Source: Phycisphaerae bacterium
Lineage (GTDB): Bacteria; Planctomycetota; Phycisphaerae; UBA1845; Fen-1342
Length of the DNA: 64,000 bases
Assembly (NCBI GenBank): GCA_050115495.1
Contig: JASFQK010000014.1
Coordinates: 64,001-128,000 of the forward strand
Direction of reading: 5' to 3'
Every line of letters begins with the position of its first letter. The first letter of the stretch is position 1. The translations under genes were made by a program, and so were the position numbers. Under the pieces are notes generated by a model. The model was not told the DNA's origin. It was given only the letters and a program-made list of their open reading frames with translations, and did not search any database. Below, piece by piece: positions 51,120 to 60,349 of this stretch.

Positions 51120-51218
51120 GCGCCGGCGCAACAAGACATGGGGCAGACCGGCCCCACCCTGCCGAAACAGCCACCGGCGCCTTCTTGAGATAGCGTACTC
51201 AATCCATATGGCGGTTGC
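51120..51218 (-). promoter_or_regulatory. Conserved promoter-like motif and structured 5' leader, copy 2
   Basis: GCAACC-N9-ATTGAGTACGCTATCTCA then three stems with compensatory changes relative to copy 1. Confidence 0.6.
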
Positions 51219-51354
51219 CAGACCTTTTCCCCCCCCTTACCATCCGCCCCAAACGGACCTCGCCTGTCGGCGGGGATCGTTGACGTAACATGCTCGACCG
51301 AAACGGTTTACGGCCGTCACGTGCGGACCGCTCTCTTCGCGGGTAAACGCCTGT

Positions 51355-52452
51355 ATGACGCCAGTCGCGACTGCGTCCGACGCCCCCTGCCGGCTCCTGG
51401 TCGTCGTCCCCAACTGGGTCGGTGACGTCGTGCTGGCCTCACCCACACTGGCCGCCCTCCGAGCCGGGATGCCCCGGGCGCGGATCACCTACCTCCTGCG
51501 GCGGTACGTCGGCGAGATCGTCGATGGCTGCGGCTGGCACGACGAGTGCGTCTACTGGTCCCAGCGCGGCGGCAAACGGGAGGGCGGGTTGCTCCGCCTG
51601 GCCGGCCGGCTGCGGGCCGGGCGCTTCGATCTGGCGGTGCTGCTGACGAACTCGTTCCGGTCGGCGTTGACGGTCCGGCTCGCCGGCATCCCCCGTCGAG
51701 TCGGCTACGCCCGGGAACTGCGGGGCTGGCTGCTGACGGACCGGCTCCGTCCGCTACGACGTGACGGCGTGTTCGTGCCGGCCAGCGTGCTCCCCTACTA
51801 CGCGAAGCTGGCCGAGCACGTGCGTTGCCCCGTGACCGATTACGGCCTGCGGCTGGCGGCCAGCCCCGAACAGCAGCGCCAAGGGGCGGCGCTCCTCGCC
51901 CACTACGGCCTGGACGACGGCCGGCCGTACGCCGTCGTTAACCCCGGGGCGAAGTTCGGCGCGGCCAAGTGCTGGCTGCCGGAGCGCTTCGCCGAGCTGT
52001 GCGACCGGCTGCACCGCGAGCACGATCTGCGGCCGGTCCTGGTCGGTAGCCCGGACGAGGCCCCCCTGATGCGGCAGATCGCCGAGGCGACGACCGAGCC
52101 CACCGTCTGCTGTGTTGAGCCGGGAACGACGCTCGGCTCGCTGAAGGTCGTGATCGGCGGGGCGGCCCTGCTCGTCTGCAACGACACCGGCCCGCGGCAT
52201 TACGGGCTGGCTTTCGGCGTGCCGACGGTCACGCTCTTTGGACCGACGCACCAGGAGTGGACAGACACCGGCTCTTCGGCTGAAATCAAGCTTCAGGTGT
52301 CCGTCGACTGCGGCCCGTGCCAGTTGCCCCGCTGCCCGCTCGACCACCGCTGCATGACCCGGCTGACCACCGACATGGTCATGCAGGCCGTGGCGGAGTT
52401 GCTCGGCCGCCGGGCCTCGGTTCCGTCGCCGACGGACGTGACGACGCATTGA
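51355..52452 (+). CDS. waaF: Lipopolysaccharide heptosyltransferase II (GT9)
   Basis: PNWVGDVV, NSFRSA, NPGAKFGAAKCW, NDTGPRH, LFGPT, C.PC..CP..H.CM. Confidence 0.9.
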   Translation: MTPVATASDAPCRLLVVVPNWVGDVVLASPTLAALRAGMPRARITYLLRRYVGEIVDGCGWHDECVYWSQRGGKREGGLLRLAGRLRAGRFDLAVLLTNSFRSALTVRLAGIPRRVGYARELRGWLLTDRLRPLRRDGVFVPASVLPYYAKLAEHVRCPVTDYGLRLAASPEQQRQGAALLAHYGLDDGRPYAVVNPGAKFGAAKCWLPERFAELCDRLHREHDLRPVLVGSPDEAPLMRQIAEATTEPTVCCVEPGTTLGSLKVVIGGAALLVCNDTGPRHYGLAFGVPTVTLFGPTHQEWTDTGSSAEIKLQVSVDCGPCQLPRCPLDHRCMTRLTTDMVMQAVAELLGRRASVPSPTDVTTH

Positions 52453-52463
52453 CTACCAGGGCC

Positions 52464-53390
52464 ATGGCCATGCCGGCAGTGGATTACATCAGTGTCGATC
52501 CCGCCTACCGCGAGGTGCTGCACGCCGCCGGGCTGACCTCGGTGGACAGCATCCTCTCGCGGTTGGACGGCGATGTGGCCGCCTGGAGCCGCAGCACCGA
52601 CACGCTGCATGTTCCCGGGCCCGCGGGCGGCCCCGGCTTCTACCTCAAACGCTACTACTACGCGACGTGGCGGAAACGCTTCCGAACGATGCTCCGCGGC
52701 ACGTTCTTCGGCGTACACCGCGGTGAGGCCGAGTATGCCGCGTTGCAGGCGATGCGGAACCTGGGCATTAACGCGGCGCGACCGGTCGCGTACGGAGCGC
52801 GGCGACTCGCCCATTTCGTCACGGCCTGCTTCCTCATCACCGAGGAAGTCCCCGGCAGCACCAACCTCACGACGTTCGCAAGTGACGTGGCGGCCGGGCG
52901 GCGAGCGCTGACCCGCGCCGAGCGGCTGGCGATGATCGCCCGCCTCGCCCGCCAGGTCACCGAGATGCACGCCGCCGGCTTCTGCCACGGGCAAATGTTC
53001 TGGCGGAACATCCTCGTTCGGCGGGGGCTCGACGGGCAGCCCGAGTTCTTCTTCCTCGACGCGCAGCCGCCGCCATCGTGGCGACGCGTGAGCCCCACCG
53101 CGGCGTGGTGGCACCGCGAACTGGCCAATCTCCTCATCTCCGCCCTGCCGTTCACGACGCGCACGGACCGGTTGCGTTTCCTGCGGCACTATCTCGGCGG
53201 CCGGCTCAAGCCCGAGATCAAGGCTCACGTCCACGCCATCGAGGCCTGCTCGCGGCAGTGGCACCGTCACGAGCTGCAACGCATCAAGATGAACGACCTC
53301 TTCGAACGCTGGCGGCGTCAGCTCGACCTGGAGCACACTCCCGCAGCTCAGACCGAGGTGAATGCGGCCCGCGACGGAGCGTCGCCTTGA
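52464..53390 (+). CDS. LPS kinase (Kdo/WaaP family)
   Basis: FYLKRY, E...L..M..LGI....VAYG, LITEE, HGQMFWRNIL, FFFLD. Confidence 0.8.
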   Translation: MAMPAVDYISVDPAYREVLHAAGLTSVDSILSRLDGDVAAWSRSTDTLHVPGPAGGPGFYLKRYYYATWRKRFRTMLRGTFFGVHRGEAEYAALQAMRNLGINAARPVAYGARRLAHFVTACFLITEEVPGSTNLTTFASDVAAGRRALTRAERLAMIARLARQVTEMHAAGFCHGQMFWRNILVRRGLDGQPEFFFLDAQPPPSWRRVSPTAAWWHRELANLLISALPFTTRTDRLRFLRHYLGGRLKPEIKAHVHAIEACSRQWHRHELQRIKMNDLFERWRRQLDLEHTPAAQTEVNAARDGASP

Positions 53391-54241
53391 CCTCCGGCCA
53401 GTGGACCGCCCCCGAGTGGGAGGACCGTCTGCGCCGGGCCGGTCTGAATGCCGCCACCGATCTGCTCGACCGCGCCCCCGATCAGCTTTCTCTCGCCGGC
53501 ACGTGCGAATTGTTGAGCAAGCCGGGTCTGGCCGAGCGGCAACGGTGGCGCTGGACGCTGCCCGAGGGCGATGCCGTTCTCTACATCAAGCGGTACGGCC
53601 GCGCACCGTCTCGCATGCAGTGGGACCGCATCGTCCGGCAGAGCTCCCGGCACAGCCGCGGCTGGTGGGAACACACGCAGGGCAAACGGCTCGCCGGGGC
53701 GTACGTGCCGGCGGCCGGCGCCGTCGCCTGCGCCGAACGCATGAACGGGCTGATCGAGCAGCGCAGCGTTGTCGTGCTGGCCGCCGTCGCCGGCGATGGT
53801 CTGGACCGTGTGTGGACGCGGCTGTCGGCGGAAGGCGCTCCACTGACACGCGGCCTGGCCCGGCACGATCTGGCCGTTCGCCTGGGACGCTTCGTCTCGG
53901 CGTTTCATCAGACCGGGTTGTGTCACCGCGATCTGTACCTGTGCCACGTCTTCGCCGAACTCGATCCGGCCGGCACCCGCCCGCCGACGTTCACGCTCAT
54001 CGACCTGGCGCGCACATTTCAGCCACGCTTGCGGCGGACGCGCTGGCTGCTAAAGGACCTGGCACAGCTCGACTGCTCGGCCCGGCAGGTCGGCGTGTAC
54101 CGCACGGATCGGCTGCGTTGCCTGCGGGCTTACCTGGGGCTGCAAACACGGGCCGCCCGGCTCCGCTGGTACGCTCGCCGGGTGCTACGCCGAAGTGACG
54201 CCATTCTGCGGCGCATCGCGAGGAAGAGTGCATTGGCATGA
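53387..54241 (+). CDS. LPS kinase (WaaP-like)
   Basis: TTGA overlap start; LYIKRY, HRDLYLCHV, LIDLAR, KDLAQL. Confidence 0.82.
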   Translation: MTSGQWTAPEWEDRLRRAGLNAATDLLDRAPDQLSLAGTCELLSKPGLAERQRWRWTLPEGDAVLYIKRYGRAPSRMQWDRIVRQSSRHSRGWWEHTQGKRLAGAYVPAAGAVACAERMNGLIEQRSVVVLAAVAGDGLDRVWTRLSAEGAPLTRGLARHDLAVRLGRFVSAFHQTGLCHRDLYLCHVFAELDPAGTRPPTFTLIDLARTFQPRLRRTRWLLKDLAQLDCSARQVGVYRTDRLRCLRAYLGLQTRAARLRWYARRVLRRSDAILRRIARKSALA

Positions 54242-55431
54242 AGGTCGCCATCGTCCAGGAGACTGTGGACGCGCGTCGCGGCGGTGCGGAGACGTCGACG
54301 CTGGAGATGGCCCGCGGACTGGCCAGCCTCGGACTCGACGTGAGCATTCTGTGCCGCGCGGCACCGCCGGATGTCGTCGATGAGCCGCGGCTGCGCGTGG
54401 TTCGGCTGCGGGCCGGCGGGCTGTCGCGGACGCTGCGGACGTTCAGCTTTCTCCGTGCCGTGCTTCGGCAGCGGCTCAGGGAGCACTTCGATATCATCCA
54501 CGCTGTCACGCCGTGCCTCGCGGCGAATGTCTATCAGCCGCGCGGCGGCACATACCATGAGACGATCGAACGCAACCTGGCCCTCATCGACTCGGATGGG
54601 CTGCGAGCTCTGAAGCGCTTCGCCTCGCATTTCAACCTACGCCGCCGGTTCCTGCTGAACATGGAAGAGACATTACTCCGCAAGCGTCGGCACCGCGTGT
54701 TCGTCGCCGCCCTGTCGGCGTACGTCCAGCGGCAGGTGATCGAAGGTTACGGCTTCCCCGCCGAACGCACGCCGATTGTGTTCAACGGCGTGGATATTGC
54801 GCCATTGTCGGATGAGGAGATCGGGGCAGCCTGCGTTGCTGTGCGGACGCGCCTGCACCTGGAGCCGAACACGCCGGTCGTGCTCTTCGCGGCGCACAAC
54901 TTCAAGCTGAAGGGGCTCGCTGAGCTGATACGGGCGTGGTCGCTGCCGGCCGCGGGGGCGACTGCGGGCCGCCATCTCATCGTCGCCGGCCGCGATCGAC
55001 AGGGCTCCTACCGCCGGCTCGCTAGCAAGCTGGGCGCGGCAGAGACGATCCACTTCGTCGGCGCCGATCTGCCAATCCGTGAGCTCTACGCTGGCGCGGA
55101 TGCGCTGGCTCATCCGACTTGGTACGACCCGTGCTCGCGCGTCGTGCTCGAGGCGCTTTCGCTGGGCCTGCCGGTCGTCACGACTCGCCACAATGGGGCC
55201 GCGGAGGTCATGCAGGCGGACCATCATGGCGTCGTCGTGGAGAGTGCGGCGGACGTGCCGGCGCTGGCGGCGGCGATCGACCGCGTGCTGGATCCGGGCG
55301 TCCGGGCAGCATGTTGGGCAGACGCGGAACGCTTGCGGGAGCAGGTGTCGATGGCGCGGCACGTCCGAGAACTGCGCCAGCTCTACACGACCGTCGTCGC
55401 CACGGAGAGACAACGGCTTCGGGAGCGGTAA
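54238..55431 (+). CDS. GT4 glycosyltransferase (WaaG-like)
   Basis: GGAE, NGVD, NFKLKG, HPTWYDPCSRVVLEA..GLPVVTT; ATGA overlap. Confidence 0.9.
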   Translation: MKVAIVQETVDARRGGAETSTLEMARGLASLGLDVSILCRAAPPDVVDEPRLRVVRLRAGGLSRTLRTFSFLRAVLRQRLREHFDIIHAVTPCLAANVYQPRGGTYHETIERNLALIDSDGLRALKRFASHFNLRRRFLLNMEETLLRKRRHRVFVAALSAYVQRQVIEGYGFPAERTPIVFNGVDIAPLSDEEIGAACVAVRTRLHLEPNTPVVLFAAHNFKLKGLAELIRAWSLPAAGATAGRHLIVAGRDRQGSYRRLASKLGAAETIHFVGADLPIRELYAGADALAHPTWYDPCSRVVLEALSLGLPVVTTRHNGAAEVMQADHHGVVVESAADVPALAAAIDRVLDPGVRAACWADAERLREQVSMARHVRELRQLYTTVVATERQRLRER

Positions 55432-55518
55432 CGAACACGTCCGTCCCGTCGTGAGCGAGGCACGTCATCCGCGTCCGGATAGCGACCGTGCGCGGCTCGC
55501 CATTCAGGGCAAAACGCG

Positions 55519-55547
55519 TTGACTTGCCTGTTTCGGCCGCATAGGCT
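55519..55547 (+). promoter_or_regulatory. Sigma70-like promoter
   Basis: TTGACT-17 nt-TAGGCT. Confidence 0.45.
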
Positions 55548-55772
55548 GGACGATACCTACATGTGCAAGAGAGGCATACGAGTCCTTTGGGGACGCGGTG
55601 CGCCGCCTGCGCTGGGCAGGCTTTGGCGGCCGGTGGTTTGCGGCGTGTAGGCGGCGCTGGCGGGAGAGGGACGAGCCTGCGACTGCGGAGTCGCACCAAC
55701 ACGAACTCGCGATCCGTGTCGTCCCAATTCCAGACACGGTTCACAGACAGGCCTTAGCGGAGGTAAAGGAAG

Positions 55773-57245
55773 ATGAGCAAGGGACTTGTGTCGATTCGCC
55801 TGCTTCTGGTCGCCGCAATCGCGGTCGGCTTGTTGGGATCACTCTCGACCTACGCTGACGGCGTGTACTTCACCGAGCTCTTCGACGCCGCCGACAACGA
55901 CCTCGACAACCTCAGCATTACCTTCACGCCCAACGGCTCGGGCGATTACTACGGCGGCTGCGTGACGCCGATCACCGCCCTGCCGACGGATCCCGCCGGC
56001 GGGACGCCGATCACGCTCTCCGACAACGGCGCGAAGCGGATTGCGCTGGACTTCAGCCAGGCGGTCGAACTGTACAACCTCGCCTACACCGAGTTCTACG
56101 TCGGCAGCAACGGGTACGTCACGTTCGGCGACGCAGACACCGGGTCGGTCGAGTCGCTGGCCGATCACTTCGACCTGCCGCGCATCTCGGCCCTGTTCGA
56201 CGACCTCGATCCTACTCAGGGCGGCAGCGTGAGCTGGATGCAACTGGGCGATCGCGCCGTGGTCACGTTCCAGAACGTGCCCCAGCATGACGCCGGTGAC
56301 AGCAACACGTTCCAGTACGAGATGTACTACGACGGCCGCATCGTGCTGAGCTACCTGGGTGTCGATGCCGATGACGGGCTCGCCGGCCTCTCGCAGGGCT
56401 TCGGTACCCCGGGCGACTACAGCGAGACCAATCTGTCCGGCCTGGACCCCTGCCCGGACTACTTCACCGAGTGGTTCGACGCGGCGGACAACGATCTCGA
56501 CAACCTCATGGTCATCTTCACGCCGGACGGTTCGTCCAACTACTACGCCGGCTGCGTAACGCCGATCCTGGCCCTGCCGACGGATCCCGTTGGCGGGACG
56601 CCGATCACGCTTTCGGACAATGGTTCGAAGCGGATCACGCTGGACTTCAGCCAGACGGTCGAGCTGTACAACCTCGGCTACACCGAGTTCTACGTCGGCA
56701 GCAACGGGTACATCACGTTCTCCGCCGGCGACAGTGAGTCGGCCGAGTCGCTGGTCAACCACTTCGATCTGCCGCGTATCTCGGCCCTCTTCGATGATCT
56801 CGATCCGGGCCAGGGCGGCAGCGTGAGCTGGATGCAACTGGCCGACCGCGCCGTGGTCACGTTCCAGAACGTGCCCCAGCACGACATGGGTGACGCGAAC
56901 ACGTTCCAGTACGAGATGTACTACGACGGCCGCATTGCGCTGGCTTACCTGGGCATCGATGCTGACGACGGGCTCGCCGGCCTCTCGCAGGGCTTCGGTA
57001 CGCCGGGCGACTTCGAGGAGAGCAACCTGTCTGAGATGCCAGCCTGCTACGCCATCGGCGACATGAACTGCGACGGCACGGTCAACAACTTCGACATCGC
57101 CCCGTTCGTGATGGCGCTCAGCAACCCGACCAACTACGAAACGCAGTACCCGACGTGCGACCGCTACCTGGCGGACGTCGATGGTGACGGGTCGGTCAAC
57201 AACTTCGACATCAGCCCGTTCATCGCCCTGCTGCTCGGCAAGTAA
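55773..57245 (+). CDS. Secreted protein with two 198-aa nidogen(NIDO)-like repeats and dockerin-like C-terminus
   Basis: Signal peptide; repeats begin at 55866 and 56460 (YVGSNGY.TF, ISALFDDLDP, NTFQ..MYYDGRI); dockerin. Confidence 0.85.
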   Translation: MSKGLVSIRLLLVAAIAVGLLGSLSTYADGVYFTELFDAADNDLDNLSITFTPNGSGDYYGGCVTPITALPTDPAGGTPITLSDNGAKRIALDFSQAVELYNLAYTEFYVGSNGYVTFGDADTGSVESLADHFDLPRISALFDDLDPTQGGSVSWMQLGDRAVVTFQNVPQHDAGDSNTFQYEMYYDGRIVLSYLGVDADDGLAGLSQGFGTPGDYSETNLSGLDPCPDYFTEWFDAADNDLDNLMVIFTPDGSSNYYAGCVTPILALPTDPVGGTPITLSDNGSKRITLDFSQTVELYNLGYTEFYVGSNGYITFSAGDSESAESLVNHFDLPRISALFDDLDPGQGGSVSWMQLADRAVVTFQNVPQHDMGDANTFQYEMYYDGRIALAYLGIDADDGLAGLSQGFGTPGDFEESNLSEMPACYAIGDMNCDGTVNNFDIAPFVMALSNPTNYETQYPTCDRYLADVDGDGSVNNFDISPFIALLLGK

Positions 57246-57335
57246 TCGCTGGGTCGCTCGGGTTAGCGCGAGAAACGGGACAAACCTCGGGGCCGTCCGG
57301 CGACGGGCGGCCCCGCTCTCTGCGCTGAATGAGCG

Positions 57336-58028
57336 TTACGCTGCCTGTATTTGCCGGACCAGGGCGGTCAGCTCGAGCAGGTCGGCGAATTCGTGGTCGG
57401 GGGTGTGATTGCCGACGTCGTGAATGCGGTGGATGCGGTTGACCCAGCCGCTGCGCAGGCCGACGGCGCGGGCGCCGCCGACGTCGCTGTGCAGCGAATC
57501 GCCCACGTGGATCACGCGTTGCGGCCGCCAGCCGCTGCGGGCCAGGGCTTCGTGGAAGATGCGCGGGGCCGGCTTGTACGAGCGGACGTCCTCCGACGTG
57601 ATGACACCGGCGACCTCGATGCTGTGCCGCCGCAACGCCGCGTCGAGATCGGCGCGGTCCGCATTCGACACGATCCACACCGGCAGCGGGAACGTCGCCA
57701 GGAACTCAGGGACCTCGGGCTGAAGTGGCGGGTCACGCCAATACGCGGTCAGACGCGTCACGTAGTCGTCGGCGTCGACGGTGCGTTCCAGCGCGGTCAT
57801 GGTTTCGCGCAGGGTGCGGACCTCCACCTCGAAGAGCGTCTCGAAGCGATCATCGTTCGACGTGTCCATCGCGTGGAAGAAACGTTCGCCCCAGATCAGG
57901 CTGAGCTCGCGAGCGCTCAGCGGCAGTGCGGTTTCGGCGATGACCTCGGCGCAGACGCTCTCCACGGCCGCCCGGTCGCCGGTCGTCAGCGTGCCGTACA
58001 TGTCGAGGAACACACCGTCGAAACCCAC
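57336..58028 (-). CDS. HAD hydrolase, haloacid dehalogenase type II-like
   Basis: FLDMYGTL, VSNAD, YKPAPRIF, HVGDSLHSDV; AGGAGG RBS. Confidence 0.9.
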   Translation of the reverse strand: MGFDGVFLDMYGTLTTGDRAAVESVCAEVIAETALPLSARELSLIWGERFFHAMDTSNDDRFETLFEVEVRTLRETMTALERTVDADDYVTRLTAYWRDPPLQPEVPEFLATFPLPVWIVSNADRADLDAALRRHSIEVAGVITSEDVRSYKPAPRIFHEALARSGWRPQRVIHVGDSLHSDVGGARAVGLRSGWVNRIHRIHDVGNHTPDHEFADLLELTALVRQIQAA

Positions 58029-58058
58029 AGAGAACCTCCTGCCCGCGCGGTCGCTCCG

Positions 58059-58661
58059 CTATACGCCGGGGTAGCGCTGCCCCCAGCTTCCCGTGAACAC
58101 GATCTCACTGAGCGGTCGGCGTTCGCGCGGCGTCTCTTCCCGCTTCCTCAACTCGTCCGGCAGCGTCGCCGCCTCGCCCATGTAGCCCAGGGCCAGCGCC
58201 GCCACGGGCTGGTGGTCGGCGGGGATGGTGTACGTCTGGCGGGCCACGTCGGCGTCGAAGCCGGCCATGGCGTGCGCGTACAGGCCGAGCGCGGTCGCCT
58301 GCACGAGCATATTCTGCGTGGCCAGGCCGACGTCGTGCCAGGCGTGCACATTGCCCTGGCCGTTGTGGGCGAACTTCATGCGGGCCACGGAAAGGATCAG
58401 CACGGGGGCCGGCGCGGCCCACGAGCGGTTGAATTCGATCAGGCACTTTAGCAGCCGGGCGTGCTCCGCCGGTTGCTCGCGGGTGGCGACGATAAAACGC
58501 CACGGCTGGTCGTTGTAAGCCGATGGGGCCCAGCGGGCGGCTTCGAGAATGCTGGCCAGCTTCGCCGGTTCGACGGGGCGGTCGGCAAAGGCGCGGGGAC
58601 TCCAACGCTTGCTCAGCAAGTCGTGGATTGGGTGGTCGGGGTGAGCGGTTTTGTCGATCAT
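58059..58661 (-). CDS. Nitroreductase family protein
   Basis: RWSPRAF, ARWAPSAYNDQPWRF, HAMAGFD, RRPLSE; ATGA overlap with upstream gene. Confidence 0.93.
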   Translation of the reverse strand: MIDKTAHPDHPIHDLLSKRWSPRAFADRPVEPAKLASILEAARWAPSAYNDQPWRFIVATREQPAEHARLLKCLIEFNRSWAAPAPVLILSVARMKFAHNGQGNVHAWHDVGLATQNMLVQATALGLYAHAMAGFDADVARQTYTIPADHQPVAALALGYMGEAATLPDELRKREETPRERRPLSEIVFTGSWGQRYPGV

Positions 58662-60316
58662 GGCTTCGCTCGCAGTTCGTTCGGCTCGTTGCGGTCGCGC
58701 CAGGGATGAAGGAACGGGGCGTCGGACCAGTCCCACAGACGCTCCGGGGCGAGGTCGATATCCACCGGTGACTTCATCCAGCGCTGCGCTGCCGGACTAT
58801 ATACGCCGAATCCTTGAAGGCCAACCGACCAGGCGGCCAGCACGATGAGCAGCACGCGTGCGGGGCGGACTCGCCACAGTGCGGCTACGACGCCGGACAT
58901 GAGGACGATTACCGCCGGCATAAGTTCGGTCAGGAAGCGCGGGCCCCAGGCGTGCCCGCCCCACCAGTGGCGGTAGCAAGAGACGACGATGAGATGTACG
59001 AGCAGCCAGGCGAGCAGGGCCGCGGACAGCCGGCCGCCGATGCGTTTGTGCCATGCGGGCACGCATGCCCCGATAACCAGCAGGCTCAGCGGCACGTAGA
59101 CGAGCAGGCCACGGGCGGGGCTGATGAGGTTGCCGGGCAGCGAGACGGCGAGGTCGGCACCCCACCGGCCCGGCTCGCCGGCGAAGGCGTAGGGACCGAG
59201 CACGCTGCCGTAGATGCTGAGGTGCAGGGTCAGGAATGGGGCGTAGGCCAGGGCGGCGCCGGCAACGAGCGTCGCCAGACGACACCAGTTGCGGCCAGTT
59301 GTCGCCAGGATGTACGCCGCGGCGAAGAGGGCTGCTGTTGGTCGGCAGGCGACGGCGAGGCCGAGGAAGACACCCTGAAGCAGCGCCGCGAGCAGGAACT
59401 CACGCTCGTGGCGGCTGTCCGCTGACGAAGCGCACTGCTCAAGAGCAGTGGCACACTGGGGCCGTGTTGCGCCGTCGGCGCGCGGTCGGGCATAGTGGAG
59501 CCATAGTACCGCCGCCACGCATAGGGCGACGGGGCCGTGCTGCCACAACGCCTGACTCGCGATGCTCCAGGTTGGGGTGGCCAGGGCGAAGACGATCATG
59601 AGAAATGCGGTGGGGCCGAGGTCGGTGATGCGCAGCAACACGAGGAACATCACCGCCACCGTCGCGGCCGCCAGGACGGAGGCGATGACCTTCTCCATCC
59701 GCTGCCGCATGGTCGGGTCGCTGAGGTCGCCGCCGATGACCTGGTTCAGCGCGACCCAGGGCACGGCCAGCACCGCCGGCCCGAGGCTGAATCGTGAGTA
59801 GTGGTGCCCGTCCAAGTCGCAGACGTAGTACGGCGGGTGGTTCACGTCGATGAACTCGTCCAGGGCGAGGTCGCCGTCGTGGACGATGCTCAGTGCAGTC
59901 TGCACCATCGGGGCTGTGTCGCCGGAGCCAAGCGTACGGCCGTTGCTCTGGTAGATCACGAGCACCGGTACGAACACCCACCAGAAGGCCGCTCGCCACG
60001 CCGGCGCCCGCTGCCCTGCGGCGTACGCCCGCACGTCGGCCGTCTGCCGGCGGATCGCCGCCATGCACCGGTCGCGGAACCGCGGGCTCAGCAGCCAACG
60101 CAGCCACGCACCAGCCAGCAGTACGGCCAGGCCGGCGGCTGGATGTCGCCAGTCGGCGATCGCCTGCGTGCCCCAATGCAACGTGAACCCCACGGCCAGC
60201 ATGACGTGCAGGCCAAGGAGGCTCAGCGCGACCTGCACGATCAGTCCGGCGACGTCGCGAACGGCCCACGGCGTCGGCGGGTGCACGGCCTCGGGCTGGT
60301 CGTCTGGGGTGGTCAT
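58658..60316 (-). CDS. GT-C-like integral membrane glycosyltransferase carrying an in-frame REP
   Basis: SGDTAP, SQALWQHG, SPARGLLVY.P, WWGGHAWGPRFLTE; many TM helices; start approximate. Confidence 0.72.
   Translation of the reverse strand: MTTPDDQPEAVHPPTPWAVRDVAGLIVQVALSLLGLHVMLAVGFTLHWGTQAIADWRHPAAGLAVLLAGAWLRWLLSPRFRDRCMAAIRRQTADVRAYAAGQRAPAWRAAFWWVFVPVLVIYQSNGRTLGSGDTAPMVQTALSIVHDGDLALDEFIDVNHPPYYVCDLDGHHYSRFSLGPAVLAVPWVALNQVIGGDLSDPTMRQRMEKVIASVLAAATVAVMFLVLLRITDLGPTAFLMIVFALATPTWSIASQALWQHGPVALCVAAVLWLHYARPRADGATRPQCATALEQCASSADSRHEREFLLAALLQGVFLGLAVACRPTAALFAAAYILATTGRNWCRLATLVAGAALAYAPFLTLHLSIYGSVLGPYAFAGEPGRWGADLAVSLPGNLISPARGLLVYVPLSLLVIGACVPAWHKRIGGRLSAALLAWLLVHLIVVSCYRHWWGGHAWGPRFLTELMPAVIVLMSGVVAALWRVRPARVLLIVLAAWSVGLQGFGVYSPAAQRWMKSPVDIDLAPERLWDWSDAPFLHPWRDRNEPNELRAKP
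59433..59456. repeat. Single REP copy inside a CDS
   Basis: CACTGCTCAAGAGCAGTGGCACAC, identical to 21000-21023 and the reverse complement of 33786-33809. Confidence 0.85.
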
Positions 60317-60349
60317 GGTGTGCGTAACGTATGCGAAGTGGGGAAGACG

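Noticed and set aside
55432..55772. ncRNA or small ORF in the long leader of the NIDO-repeat gene
   Set aside because: No recognisable RNA family, second copy or convincing RBS-led ORF.
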